From NCBI RefSeq assembly GCF_037042905.1, contig NC_087245.1:25608001-25672000 (forward strand): DNA of 64,000 nt, given 5' to 3'. Source of the DNA: Lytechinus pictus (lineage: Eukaryota). The position numbers and the translations under genes are program-made. Below the pieces are notes generated by a model. That model did not search any database. It had not been told where the DNA came from and saw nothing but the letters and a program-made list of their open reading frames with translations. Shown one piece after another: positions 26,878 to 40,493 of the stretch. Position 1 is the stretch's first letter. Each line of letters begins with the position of its first letter.

Positions 26878-27593
26878 AGCAGGTAGTCTTTATCTCTCCA
26901 CCATCCGGTCCATAATGGCGTAGTTCCTGGTGATTGAACCAACCAGAGTAAAGTGAGGAAAAAAAGTGTGTTTACTTGGTTGAAGCAGCCTGAGGACTGA
27001 AATCTTGGAAGCGCTGATTATCTTCATTGTGAAGTAATCGAAAACAAAATCAATGATTTACACCCTTCTTATAATGCGATAGAGCTAGCATGAAGTCGTG
27101 TAAAGAGCGAGTGCTCTCTATGGGTTTTGCACTTAGGAGTCCCTTTTTTACAAAGAATTTGAACTTCGCAGCACACACTTTTCCAGAAAATAAGATTTCA
27201 ATTTCATTAACAATTAACATTATATTTTAAGAAGGAAAACTGCCCTCTCCGCTATCAACACTGTGTATTAACATGAAGGTCCCTCCACATTTCCGAATCA
27301 TTTGAATAATATAAGGTCTTAATGCCATATGCTTCCACATTTTTATGAAAACAGTATTGCATATTTGGCCCCGTATGCACAAATACAAGTTTTTCCCCTG
27401 CCCATCACCCTCCTCCGGCGCTTCCTGCACCTGTGGTCATTTGGCCTTTTCGACTTGCTCTTTTTTCATACGCTCTTCACTTTTTCTATTCTCATGTCAT
27501 CTCTCACCATGCTTACCAGTGAATATGTCATCCTCATTTTGCTCCTTATGATATAACACTTTGATTTTGTTCCTTTTACTTTCTTAATGGAGT

Positions 27594-27876
27594 GGAGCGT
27601 TGTGGCCCAGTGGATTAGTCTCCGGACTTTGAAACAGAGGGTTGTGGGTTCGAATCCCAGCCATGGCGTAATTTCCTTCGGCAAGAAATTTATCCACATT
27701 GTGCTGCACTCAACCCAGGTGAGGTGAATGGGTACCTGGCAGGAATTTATTCCTTGAAATGCGTGTGCGCTGTAATCTTAGTAATTACGGCTGCCAAGCT
27801 ACAGCTGGGGTAATAATATCCAAGTCCTTTGATATGCGCTATACAAGAACTGTTTATTATTATTATTATTATTATT
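27594..27876 (+). mobile_element. tRNA-derived SINE, near full length
   Basis: A box TGGCCCAGTGG, B box GGTTCGAATCC, core CACTCAACCCAGGTG..AATGGGTACC, (TTA)n tail. Confidence 0.85.
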
Positions 27877-28469
27877 AATCATAACTGTCACTTTCGTTCT
27901 TGAGAGGTGCCAATCTTCGTCCTTGAAACGACTGAGAACATATTTGTGTAAATCACTAGCAATCACTAATTACATCAGGATATTTCCGATCTGCCATCCT
28001 CACACCCTATCAAACATGCTGAAAAGACGTTATTGGACGTCACATATACCACGCCATGAGTAAGATATTCGTTCGCGCATTGATATTACTGCGTCTTCAA
28101 ACTAACTATAACTGCAATGTCTCATGCTTGAACTAGGCCTATTTGTAATTTTATGTCAGAAAAGATCACAAAAGATCGTCCGAGAAACAAATATCGCATA
28201 AGACCTAAACTATAATCGAAGAGATAGTTGGTAAATATGCCTCTATTCTTACAAGTTCATTTAACCATGGACCTACGATAAGATATAACACTTTGTAACC
28301 CTTCTATCTATATGATGGCGGTTATGATAACGCAATCTTTAATCAACCATGAATTTGCATGTGTTTATGTATTTTCGAATCTTCTTGATATATCATGGGA
28401 TACCATGAACATGGAAGAAGAGATGAGCACTGTAACAAAATTTCTGAGAAAGTTTAAGTTTTGACATAT

Positions 28470-30164
28470 CAATTCAATTCAATTCTTTTTATTTCATTTC
28501 CATTCAAAAAACATAATACAAAGTAATATAAAGTAATACAAATCAAGTACAATTTTACAGAAGGGCATTCTTACTTCGTAAAAAAAACAAAACAGAAAAA
28601 AACAGTATAATATAGAGCATAAATGGAAATGAGGGGGATCCACTAAAAAGCAAAGCTTGTAAAGTGTGGATCCCCCTTGGAAATGAAAAAAGTATAGTAG
28701 ACTTATTCTGATATGCGTACATAATTATATGTATTACAGGAAAGAAAAAGAGAACAAAAGAAATCATACGGATGCAAATATAATTACTGAACTAATGCAA
28801 AGCTTTTCACACAAAGAGGTCTTCGTAGTAAAGGATGTGTTGCGCAAGACAGAAGAAAGGAAAGAAAGAAAAAAAAAACAGAAAGAGAGAGAGGGGATGA
28901 CAAGACATAGAAGACAAGACAAAACAAAAGACAGGACAGTACAAGACAAGATAACTACTTTATAAAAGGAGGAATACTAAGAATGGGAAAGGGCTGACCA
29001 CGAACCAGCTTGATCTGGTGAAATGACAAAAGATGATATAACTGGACAATATCAGATGAAAAAAGATAAAACAATAAAAGTGAAAAATGTAATGATTAAA
29101 ATCAAGATAATGAAGTGTTAGTTCCGTTGCGAAGAATTATAGGAATTAAGCAGGATAAGTTTGAGTTTATGTTTGAATGAATTTAAGGAGACACTGTCTT
29201 TAATATTATTAGCTAGTGAGTTCCAGAATTTAGGACCGTTGAAAAGGAATGTATTTTTGGCCAGTAAAGTTCTGTAAAGTGGAATGTGAAGTTCGTCAGA
29301 GTGTCTCGTGGGGTAGTTATGATAAAATTGATTTTTAGGGAACATGGCATCAAAAATATGGGGAAGTGCATTATTATTATAACTATACATGAAGTGCCCT
29401 AACTGTAGTAAATACAGGTCTTTGACTTTCAACAGTTTACTTTCTAGAAAAAGTGGGTCCGTATGAGAACGGAAACATGTACTATAAATAACACGAAGTG
29501 CTTTCTTTTGCAAAAGCAACAATTTGTCTAATAAGTATTGATGGGTATCACCCCAAATAAGAATCCCGTAGTTTAAATAAGGCAAGATTAAGGATGAGTA
29601 GAGCATGATTAGTGATGTGGAGGGAATGCAAAATTTTAGCCTATTAATAATACCTATATTTCGTGAAATTATTTTGGATATATTTTCAATATGATTTTTC
29701 CAAGAAAGTTTACTGTCAACTGTTATACCAAGAAATTTGGTGTAAGGTACCATTTGTAATAAGGTATTATCAAACATAATGTTCATCGGTAACTTGTCTA
29801 TGGAATTACTAAATAACATGTATTTTGTTTTGTTAAGGTTCAAAGATAATCGATTGGCTCTTATCCATTCAGTAACATTAATAAGTTCAGAATTGATAAC
29901 ATCAACTAAAGTTTGTGGATTCTGATGAGAAAAAAATAAGGTCGAATCATCTGCAAACAAGATAAGGGACAATATTTTGGATGATCTACAGAAATCATTT
30001 ATATAAATTGTGAAAAGAAGTGGGCCTAATAAGCTACCCTGAGGGACTCCACAGTTAACATATTTTAAATTGGAGTTATGATCTTTAACAAACACGTATT
30101 GTTGTCTGTTGAATAAGTAACTCCTGAACCACTCCAAGGCCTTCCCTCGCACACCATAGTGAGA
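28470..30164 (-). mobile_element. 5'-truncated non-LTR retrotransposon (CR1/L2 group)
   Basis: RT motifs GVPQGSLLGPLLF and LFADDS; ~650-bp 3' UTR with a stem-loop; (GAATT)3 tail at 28470-28485. Confidence 0.9.
29118..30164 (-). pseudogene. Reverse transcriptase C-terminal fragment of the LINE ORF2 (348 open codons)
   Basis: Part of ORF 29118..30446 from SHYGVRG to the stop; the upstream ~94 aa are low-complexity flank. Confidence 0.85.
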
Positions 30165-30501
30165 CGGTCGACGTATACCCGTGAATTCAAAGAACGATAG
30201 ATTTATATATACATAAAGATGATCATAATTGGTCTTTCCTTGTTCTCTTTCACTTAAAAAAAGATTTAAAAAAATTAAATGAAATAGAGGAAAATAAGAA
30301 TAAGAAAAAAAAAACGCATCCACACATCTCAGCACAAACTGTATCTTTCCCCTCCAGCCCCCTCGCGCCCACAACAACCACAACTCTCTATCTCTGCAAA
30401 ACTCTCTGAAAACGAGAGAATAGGCAAATGAACAATTACACAACAAGACTCTTTTCCTTTATAGCATTCAGTCATTATCTAATTATGAGAAAAATAAGAA
30501 G

Positions 30502-31194
30502 AAACAAGTGGAGTGCCTCTGGCAGTCTCGCCTGCATTTCGTGATTCAATGTAGCAGCAGTGCTGACTTTGAAATATTACTATTAATTAAATATCCACGA
30601 AATACACCGTTCATAATATATACGTTCATTGGCCCTAAATGACAATTGACCTTGATCAAGTGACCTACGACTTATGGAAAGATGAGCAATGATACTGGAT
30701 TACCCCTATGTCCACATTTCATTAACTCTATCCAAAAACTTTCAAAGTTATGATGGCAATTCAACTATTACCCACAATGTGGCCAAAGTTCATCGACCTT
30801 AAATTACCTTTTAACTTAGTCATGTGACCTGAACCTCGCACAGGATGTTTAGTGATACTTGAATACTCTTATGTCCAAGTTTTATGAACTAGCTCCATAA
30901 AAATTCAAAGTTACGATGGAAAATCAACAATTACCCCCAAACATTCCCATAGTTCGTTGACCCTAAATGACTTTTGACATTGTCATGTGACCTGAAACCA
31001 AGGCAGGATGTTGAGTAATATTTGATTACCCCTATGTCCAAGTTTCATGAACTATATTCTTTCTAAGTTATGACGTCATTTCAAAAACTTAACCTTAGGT
31101 TAAGATTTAATGTTGACGGCACAACCGCCGCCGCTGCCGTCCGAAAAGCGGCGCCTATAGTCTCGCTCTGCTGTGCAGGCGAGACAAAAAAAAA
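30502..31194 (-). mobile_element. Non-autonomous Helentron (HINE-like), family B, best-preserved copy
   Basis: subTIR GTCTCGCCTGC/GCAGGCGAGAC; terminal hairpin GTCTCGCTCTGC-TGT-GCAGGCGAGAC; (GCC)n tract; flanked by A-runs (TT target on the minus strand). Confidence 0.8.
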
Positions 31195-32540
31195 CCTTGT
31201 CACTCTTGTCACTCATGCACACAAAAAAAGAGAAGCAAAATTAAAATTTGTAATGTAAAAATGCCGTTGAAACAAAAGTGTGCCCACCCCCTTTGAAAGT
31301 AAAGACATTTTCCTTTTAATTTTTGGTTGAAAACATTTTTTTTTGGTTTGTCAAAATTTTCCTCGGAAAAATGTGCCCCCCCTTTTGGAAAATCCTGGAT
31401 CTGCCCCTGGATGTTTGTCAAAGTAAATTGATAATAGGGTCCCTCCCCAAATACGGCGACTACTCATATCAGGTTGTTTTTTTTTATCGCTGCAAATCGC
31501 GCTGACTTCTCAAAAGAGTTGATGAAATTTGCAGAAATATGTTTTTACACTAAAAGTAATTATGTTTGCTGAACTGACCTCCAACGATTTTTTTTTTCCA
31601 TGAGTGAGATTGCAAATCATCTGATTTCGAATGACATTTCCATTATCACAAGGTAGATCATCATTGAGATTGAGAGAAGATGTTGCGTGTCCACGAGATG
31701 TCCAACTTCGTAGATGAAGATAACGGAAGTTTATATAACAAATGGAATAATAAAAGCATACTTTACCTTCCCGAAGGTGGTTTTTGTTGTATTATATTTC
31801 AAGATTAAAGCATCTGATATTCATATCTAAATTATGATTTTTTTTTCTCAGTATTAATCATAACAAAATAGATATATATATATGTATAGTGTGTGATGGG
31901 AATCATGATGATAAAGATTACAATAATCATAATAACAATTATAATACTAATAATGAGCATCATAATTGGGATTATAGTTAGAGCTAATCTTTACATACTG
32001 GTGTCAATGTTACTTCTTTCACCGGTACTACTACATCGTGTTCCAAAAAAAAATGATTTTGCACATATGCACATGATTTTCATGTGAAATTCATTGCAAC
32101 ACAAATAATAATCTACAGACATAACTCAAACCAGTGATTCGAACGATTGAAAAGTCTATTGCTTTGTTTCTGTCACTATTGTTCATTAATTTTGCAACTT
32201 AATTTCGCCGGTTTGTTCGTCATATATGAGCAGTGATATAGATTTATCTACCTATGTCATTTTGGTAGGACAACGTGGGTCCTTTTCTTAAAGAATATTT
32301 TTCTTTATATTATTAGAAAAATAAAAGATTTCGTACACAAGTTTACAATCAGCTAATCAAATTTAATGATTTTCGTAGCTTTGACCTAATATTGCAATTT
32401 GTCATTATAACAAGTTTTATGAAACGGGCTTCAGATCGTTCTTTGTTGAAAAAAAAATTGTCCAAGCAACCATTCTCGCTTAAAGCAATTCACTCAAATT
32501 CAATTTTCATTTATATTTTCATTCTCAAATTTAAAAAGTA

Positions 32541-32754
32541 CACTCTAAAAGATTATTGGGTAAAAATGATCCATGAGGGTAATTTTTATTCATTCAGTGT
32601 GATGAAAATGTTGCCCATTCTTAAGTAATTGCTGCTTATTTTTTAACCTTACTGGTTAATATGCTTCCCGCATTGGGTAAAATACTGTCAAAAATTGGTT
32701 GGACACATAATTACCATCGTGCTGGTTATAATTTTACCCAATATTTTTACAGTG
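32541..32754. mobile_element. CACTA/EnSpm-like MITE
   Basis: CACT..AAAA..ATTGGGTAAAA / TTTTACCCAAT..TTTTACAGTG termini; TA on both flanks. Confidence 0.7.
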
Positions 32755-34077
32755 TACATAATCATAATACAAAATATAAGAAACTATTTAAAAGTAGAAG
32801 CAAAAAAAAAATTGAGGGGGACAAATATGGCGCATCGGGCAGAATCTATAAACGTTGCGAGAAGGCAAATCGAGTGAGTAAAAATTTCAACATTTTTTAT
32901 GACAAAAATCCAAATTTGAACATAACATAAAGAAATATCATATTTCACCCTTCTCTCTTTTGTTTCTTGGACGTTATTTCTTTTTATTAAGGGGGGGGGG
33001 GAGCACCCCCTTATGTTTTGTATTTTTTTAATTTAGGATTTGTCTCTCTCTCTTTTCATTTTCTCCCTTTACTTCTTCGTTTTGATCTAACAAATGACTG
33101 TCATTTTCCCATATACTTTTACTCCTTCGAAAAGAAATACAGTTAAACGTGCAATATTTGAAGTAGCATGCTTAGGAGGGTGAAGAACTGTGCTGGATCA
33201 AAATGTTTATTTCCCTGGATATTGGAAAGGATAGAATATCGATTACAAACCAATGATTGTCCCATTTAATCAAGAAATGGAACGAGAGAGGGAAAAAGAA
33301 AGAGACAGACAGAGGGGGGGGGGGGGGGGGGGGGGAGAGAGAGAGGGGGGGAAGGGAAAGAGAGAGAGAGGGAGAGAGAGATAGAGAAATAGAAGCAAAT
33401 ATATTCCTTAATGGCAGTGAACCCTAATATAAAGAAGTATCTGGATGCTACTGGCAATGATATCAATTGCAAATCGCAATTATCGTCAAATGACTTCTCT
33501 TGACGATTACAGATAGTCTACTTCCAGGATTGTGACTCGGGGGATTCATGGGTTCGCTGTTTACCCCTTCGCTGGGGAGAAAAAAATAACATAACAAAAA
33601 TAATCTAAAATGAAGATAACTCAGGAGCGATGGCAAAAATGGGGTTAAGGGAAACAAATTAACCTGAACTTTTATAAACCTGATTTTAAACCTTAAACAT
33701 GAAAGCAAATGAAAAATATAACATGTTCAGATAGTATTTAAATACTTCCGTCTAATATGTATTATAAAGTAGCGGAGGGGGGGGGGTGTCTTTGTTAAAA
33801 TGGGCTCTTTTGCCTGGTGACAAGATGAAAAGTCTATTCCATTAAAAATATAATTAAATCAAATTGGAGGGAGCACATGTGGTAAAGAACAAGAACAACA
33901 CAACAACAGGATCAATATTGATAGTTCGATCGAACTTTATTACCTACGGTTGGTACCCAAGGATCTTGCTCCCGATCTGAATTAATATTCACTTTTGTTA
34001 TTAAGCAGGGGTGTTCTTACACAATAATAACAAATACACAGATAAATGCAGCAGTGATCCAGGGTTATTCACCGTAT

Positions 34078-36850
34078 TAGTCCAGGATAGGCCCCATAGA
34101 AAATTGACCAAACCTTGTTTTTTTATATATACAATATTTTTTGATGGTTTCTTGTCAATTCGAGGGTGCTGATTACGAATCTGGATAATGCCACTCGTGT
34201 AAACTTGAGCATTTTCCGCAAATTGGCAAAATCCAATATGGCCGCCAAAATAGGCAAATTGCCCATGGAAAATCATAAAATTGTCCGCACATTGGCTGTG
34301 AAATGCATGAAATTGTGTGGCAGGAGTGAAATACTCTCTGAAAAAATAACTTTTAGCAAAATATTTATTTTCCTGATATTCAAAATGGCCGCCATAGGCC
34401 ATTGTATACCGTATTATGTACAATATGAATAGGGAAAACTAATTTTCACAAAAATGAGCACTAAACTGCAAAAAATCGCGATGTATGAACGGAGTAATAT
34501 ATGCAAATCATCATTACTAACGAGATATATCATTTATAATGTCATATATGGGAACATTGCTGTATTTTGATATCTAAAATAGCCGCCACTGGCCCAAATA
34601 GTATTGCGTACAATGGCAATGGCCGGGGCAAAAAAACAATGACAAGATTGAGCATTAAAATGCATATTATTAAGATAAATGAGTGGAATACTGACTAAAA
34701 CATAATTGTAAATATGCCATTTATGTGATAAATGCTGTATTTTGAAATTCAAAATGGCCGCCATAGTCCCTATATTCATCATGTACAATGCGAATGGAGA
34801 AACTAATTTTCACACGAGTAAGAAAGATAAAATGCATGTAATTGTGATCTACGAGTAAAATATTGTCCGATAACATGTTTTATTGCAAGACATATCATTT
34901 ATTTTGTCATGCATGAGATAAATACTGTATTATGAAATTCAAAATGGCCCCTATAGGCCCTAACAGTATTATCTACAATGTAAATTGGGACATATAATTT
35001 TGTAAGAATTTGGATTTGCTTGACTATGACATCCATATAATCCTGTTGTAAGAGTAAAACGTTATTTGAAAACATTTTTTTTTAATCATCGCATTTCTTC
35101 TTCCATATAGGTGATAAATACTGTATTTTGACATTCAAAATAACCTCTACAAGCCCTAACTAAAGTGTGTAACATGCGAACAGGAAAACTAATTTTCACA
35201 AGAGTGAGTGTCATAAAATGCATATAACTGTGATGTACGAGTAAAGATAGTGTCTTAAACATTATTTCTAACTAGACACATCACATACTGGTCGTGGACA
35301 TGGTGGAGGTAATAAATGCTTTACTTTGAAATAAAAAATGGCTGCCATAGGCCTAAAAGTATTGTGTACATTGTAACATGGGACATATAAATTTGACAGA
35401 ATTTGGCTTTGCTTGACTCTAAATATTGCATATCATTGTGATGTAAGGGTGAATTATTGTCTATAACTATGGTTTCTAACGAGATATATCATAATGTTGT
35501 GTAATTAAGGTGATAAATGCTGCATTTTTAAATTGAAAATGGCCACCATAGGCACTTATCGTATAATATACAATTTGGGTGGAGACAAATAATGTTCACA
35601 AAAAGGGCATATGGCAGCCATTTTGAATGTTGAAATACAGTATTTATCACCTAAATTACATGTGATATGATCATGTTTTCAGACAACATTCCACTTATAC
35701 ATCACCATTTGACCAAGCAAAGCCAAATTCTGTTGAAATGATTTGTTCCCATTCATATTGTGCATAATACCGTAAGGGACTGTAGCGGCCATTTTGACTT
35801 GAAAATAACCGTATTTATCACCTAAATGGCAGGATAAATTATATCTTAATGGAAATTATGCTTTCAGACAATATTTTACTAATAGATCACTATTACGTGC
35901 ATTTATGGTGCTCACCCCTGTGAATATTGGTTTCCCACTTTGCATTGTACATAATACAGTTAATGTCGATGTCGGCCATTTTGAAAGTCGAAATACAGTA
36001 TTTAACACAAACATGAAACCTGAGTGATATATTTCGTTAGGAAAATACGTTTTTAGACAGTATCCAATTAATTTATATTTACATATATATATATATTAGC
36101 ACTCACTCTTGTGATTTCTTTTCTCCCATTTCTCATTGTGCATAATACTTTTAGGGCCTTTGGCAGCCATTTTGAATATCAAAATACAACATTCATCACA
36201 TACATGGCATATTAATAATACATTTCGTTAATAATTATGTTTATAGTCAGTATTCCACCTGTTTAATCTTCATAATAAGCATTTTAGTGATCACTATTGT
36301 GAATTTTTTGGCACCCATTGCCATTGTACGCAATAGTGTTTGGGCCAATGGCGGCTATTTGAGATATCAAAATACAGCAATGTACCCATATATGACATTA
36401 TAAATGATATATCTCGTTAGTAATGATGATTTGCATATATTACTTCGTTCATACATTGATTTTTTTGCAGTTTAGTGCTCATTTTTATGAAAATTAGTTT
36501 TTCCTATTCATATTGTATACATAATAGGGTATATAATGGCCTATGGCGGCCATTTTGAATATCAGGAAAATAAATATTTTGTTAAAAGTTATTTTTTTCA
36601 GAGAGTATTTCACTCCTGCCTTACAATTTCATGCATTTCACAGCCAATGTGCGGACAATTTTATGATTTTCATGGGTAATTTGCATATTTTGGCGGCCAT
36701 ATTGGATTTTGCCAATTTGCGGAAAATGCTCAAGGTTACACGAGTGGCATCATTCAGATTCGTAATCAGCACCCTCGAATTGACAAGAAACCATCAAAAA
36801 ATATTGTATATATAAAAAAAACAAGGTTATGCCTCTTCTATCCTGGACTA
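34078..36850. mobile_element. 2.77-kb foldback-type element
   Basis: Terminal TAGTCCAGGATAG/CTATCCTGGACTA; near-identical inverted arms ~34112-34622 and ~36315-36828; interior of ~190-bp subrepeats that flip orientation near 35590. Confidence 0.88.
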
Positions 36851-37700
36851 TTCTTTCAGATTCTGTGCATTCTGCAATCATTGTAGTAATTCATAGTTTC
36901 AATGGAATCTATGAACGTGCATTGAGATTTCAGTGTACGTGTTTATAAGCCAAAATAGTTTAATGGGAAATACTGGGTCCCTGTACTGTGCACCACTGGA
37001 GTACACTATAGAGTTTTATTCTATTACCAAAAGCGTCTAGTTAATGAATTTCAGTGTTCCCATTGACCATTCTCAGATCGTAAATTGACAATCTTCCTAG
37101 ACATCTTGAATTTTTCACAAAAGAATATTAATTTTCATATTATCTTACCCAGTAAATAGGAAAAACAATGAATATATTTTGTGAATTCTATGCTGGAAAG
37201 GTATTCCAACCTTTTATAGCGGCTGGGAGCACGGTTCATTATACAGAGACACTTGATACTACATACACATCCTATACGAAAGACAAATCTTTCATTCCTG
37301 TTTGTTCTTTCCCAGGCGTTCACCCAGTCTCCCATTTCTACTCAACACCGTTCCTTGCTGCATAATGACATGTTTCGGTAAACATGAAATCTTAACCGAC
37401 CGAGTAATCGGACCACGTATTTGTGTGAAAGTTCGTTATTCCATCGAACTGCAGTTCGACGGTCATGACGATGCAGCGTGTACTATACCGATGAAGAAAC
37501 CCGAGGCATTCAAGAAAAAATTGGATGGAATTCGCTAAATTACATATATATTTTCACGATTCTGTTTAAAAAAAAAAACACCCTGACAGATAAATACTTT
37601 TTTTTCACAAACGCATACATATAACAAAGAATGCTAATATAACATTTCAATTTATTTGAATGTTGGATAAAAGAGCTGTACTGATCAGTAAAAGGTCTTC

Positions 37701-37779
37701 GGAGCGGTGGCCGGGTATCGAACCCCACTGGAGATCAGTGGTTTCGTCAGGAGCCTTAAACAACTCGGCCACTGCACCT
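37701..37779 (-). mobile_element. tRNA-derived SINE head / tRNA-like relic
   Basis: Minus strand has A box TGGCCGAGTTG and B box GGTTCGATACC, but no proper cloverleaf. Confidence 0.55.
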
Positions 37780-40487
37780 TCATACACGCACCCGCCCTCA
37801 CCCCACACATACACACACACACTCACGCGCGTACGTGTGAGTCAGTTTTCTTTTAGAGCACAAAACATGGATGTAAGTTAGTATAGGTGACCGCCTTATA
37901 AGCTTGAATTCGATGGCGGCCTCATTAAAGTAATTCGTGACATGTTTTATTCAATACTGATCAAGGAGGTGCAATGCAGGTATGGATCGATGCAATATAT
38001 AGCAGCTGAGTAAAAGAAGAGTAATGAATTGCAATTAATATCTGAATAAATATTTGACGTGAGAAACGTGCTAATTTGGAGTATCGGATGAATAAGATTT
38101 AATGGAATAAGGCTAGGCCTATATGGTTAATGAGACATATTATTCTAAATGCCTGTACAATGAATTCGTGTGGATTTCGAGGTAATTGATAATTTGGCGT
38201 TTGTAAGATGAAATATTCAGTTGGATAGGAATGGCCAGTTTGATTAAACTTTTATTTTATCGAATGGGAAGATTTTAAACTTCTTTTATTATGCAGACTT
38301 ATGGTATAGTTGGTTTGCCACTTGCCTGGTTCAGGAATTATCTGTGCAACTACGGACACTGAGTGCAATAGACCAGTTCGGAGTTCCCTCATGGGCAAGT
38401 GTGTTGACCTTTCCTTTCTTTTACTAGGATCGGTGAATTTCAATGCAAGATATATAACGTAAGCATGCCTGACATAGCAGGATGCAGAACAAAGTAACCA
38501 GAATAACACATCAACGAACACTTATGAATGTATTTGTTGCGTTTCTACCTTGAATGCAATGGCTTATTGCAATGACAATATACTTGACCATCTGTTAAAT
38601 ACATATTGCTTAATGGAAGTATTGTTGATTTCCAGAAAAGCACAATTCAAAAGAATGTATCAAGACATTAAAGTTACTGCTAATCCCAATGAACACTAAG
38701 CCACCATGCCATCTGAGTTCAAATTACCTTCTTCTGCTCATGCTCAGAATGGAACTACTAACTAGTCTCTTTGCCCCCGGCCAGCAATAAAGAACCACAG
38801 GGCTTTGCTTTGGGACCGACTTTGTTTTTGATATATGCATAGATTACCAATAAGAATTTGCATAAATGAACTTTTATTACTGATCATTTGAGAACAATTT
38901 AAATTGAGTCTGACAATTATTAACCGACTCGTGCACGCTGCAACGCCATTTTCATGGCCTTTTTTTAGCGAGAATAGCGAAGAGAACGAGCTGGGCGACA
39001 CAAACCTTGTAAACATGCCTTGCGTGCGGACCGGAAAAATAAAATGCATTTTATATTCCTACATTACCTGTAGGCGAATGCTCGCCTGAATTAGAGTTGG
39101 ACATTCCCAGAAACTTTCCAGTTCAACGTGAAGTTCCTTTTCAGTCCCTTTAATCTCGCAGCTTCGAGTTTTCTCAAATTACATGGCATGACGTCTCATT
39201 GCCTTGAAGGTATGGTAAATGAGATATTCATCACATCATACATCTTCTTGAGGCATAGTATTTAATCACAGTGACATGCTATGTTTGATATGAGAGAGAC
39301 GGCACATGCTACGCTGTGTGACAGGATTTTAAACTGTACTGAGTAATGAAAAATATGACAATGATCGAGTAATACGAGAGATTTTATTATAAATGTCTCT
39401 ATAGGGCGAACCATTAGGACTCAGAAAACAGAGTAAATTCATTTGAATAAAAAAAAGCTTTTGTGTGAATTTGATGTGCACTACTTAGACTACTTTAAAT
39501 ATGATTTTCTGTTTTGTATATTTCTCTTACTGTTAATATTTCAATATTTTGTGTGGGATGTGACATCCATCCACAGGTGTTTTTCCAAAAACCAAAGCAA
39601 TGATGTAGCAATCTAAATTCAAATAAAATCAACGTTGCAATTATTATATCTGCAATAGGGCGACGCAAGGGTACATTGGTTACATAAGGGCTGGAGGCGG
39701 CGGGGGGGGGGGGGGGGGGTAGGGATACAACCTAAAGGTGAATTTTTTTTTCAATTGGATAACATGGATAATACATTTACACGACCAAGACCTCTCTGCT
39801 TTCAATATCTTTGTTTTGTTCTTTTTTTCACCAAGGTTTTTTTTTTTTCACTACTTGAAAAATTTGATTTTTTTTTTTTTTTGGGGGGGTCACCCTTGTC
39901 ATGAACCCTGTTGGGCCGCCTGGGCACTCCTTGACTTCTTCGAGGTCCAATCAACATTGAATGATCACCTTATCCTTTCATAACATTTATCATCTTCTTT
40001 TGTCTGACTTTCAGGGTCTGTATCATACGATGGAGCAGAACCCTTCCCTTCTCTATCTTCATTATTATCTCAAGTACACCAATCTCTTTAACCATTCGGC
40101 ACAAGTACCTGTTTTTCCACACAGTCTTGTAACAGCAATATTATTTCAACTTCATTATGTTACCGTAGCAACCGTCTTGTGGGAAAATAAAAAAAAGGTT
40201 AAACTGGCTTGAAAACCCGTGATAATTTGTCCCCAGGGCCCCGGTAGAGAAAACATTCCAGTGTTTTACTTTAACTTACCGCAGTCAGTCAATCGTAAAA
40301 CATTCACTCTCGTTAGAAAGGGACAAACCCGTGGTAAATCGATATATGTAATATTAAAATTGGAGGAAGTTTAGCTCGGCATAGAAATGTAATCTTTTGG
40401 AATAATTTGCCTTTGGCACCAAAATAGTATACTAATCAAAGAGAACAAAGAGGACTCGAACGGATTTCATTGATAATATCAAATATA

Positions 40488-40493
40488 TTTATT
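40488..40493 (-). promoter_or_regulatory. Candidate polyadenylation signal (AATAAA) for VWDE
   Basis: TTTATT on + strand at the distal edge of an AT-rich, TE-poor stretch downstream of the stop codon; other AATAAA hexamers exist nearer the stop. Confidence 0.3.

Noticed and set aside
26535..26942. 135-aa minus-strand ORF
   Set aside because: Non-ATG start, includes a GA microsatellite, and has no domain or convincing splice partners
27594..27670. Functional tRNA gene
   Set aside because: The tRNA-like head runs directly into a SINE core and (TTA)n tail
30165..30446. N-terminal part of the 442-aa ORF as a domesticated or fused RT gene
   Set aside because: Low-complexity Phe/Leu-rich flank read in frame by chance upstream of the LINE truncation point; non-ATG start
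34001..36815. Pair of similar ORFs on opposite strands (34001-34423 and 36543-36815)
   Set aside because: Artefact of the inverted arms of the foldback element; no transposase motifs
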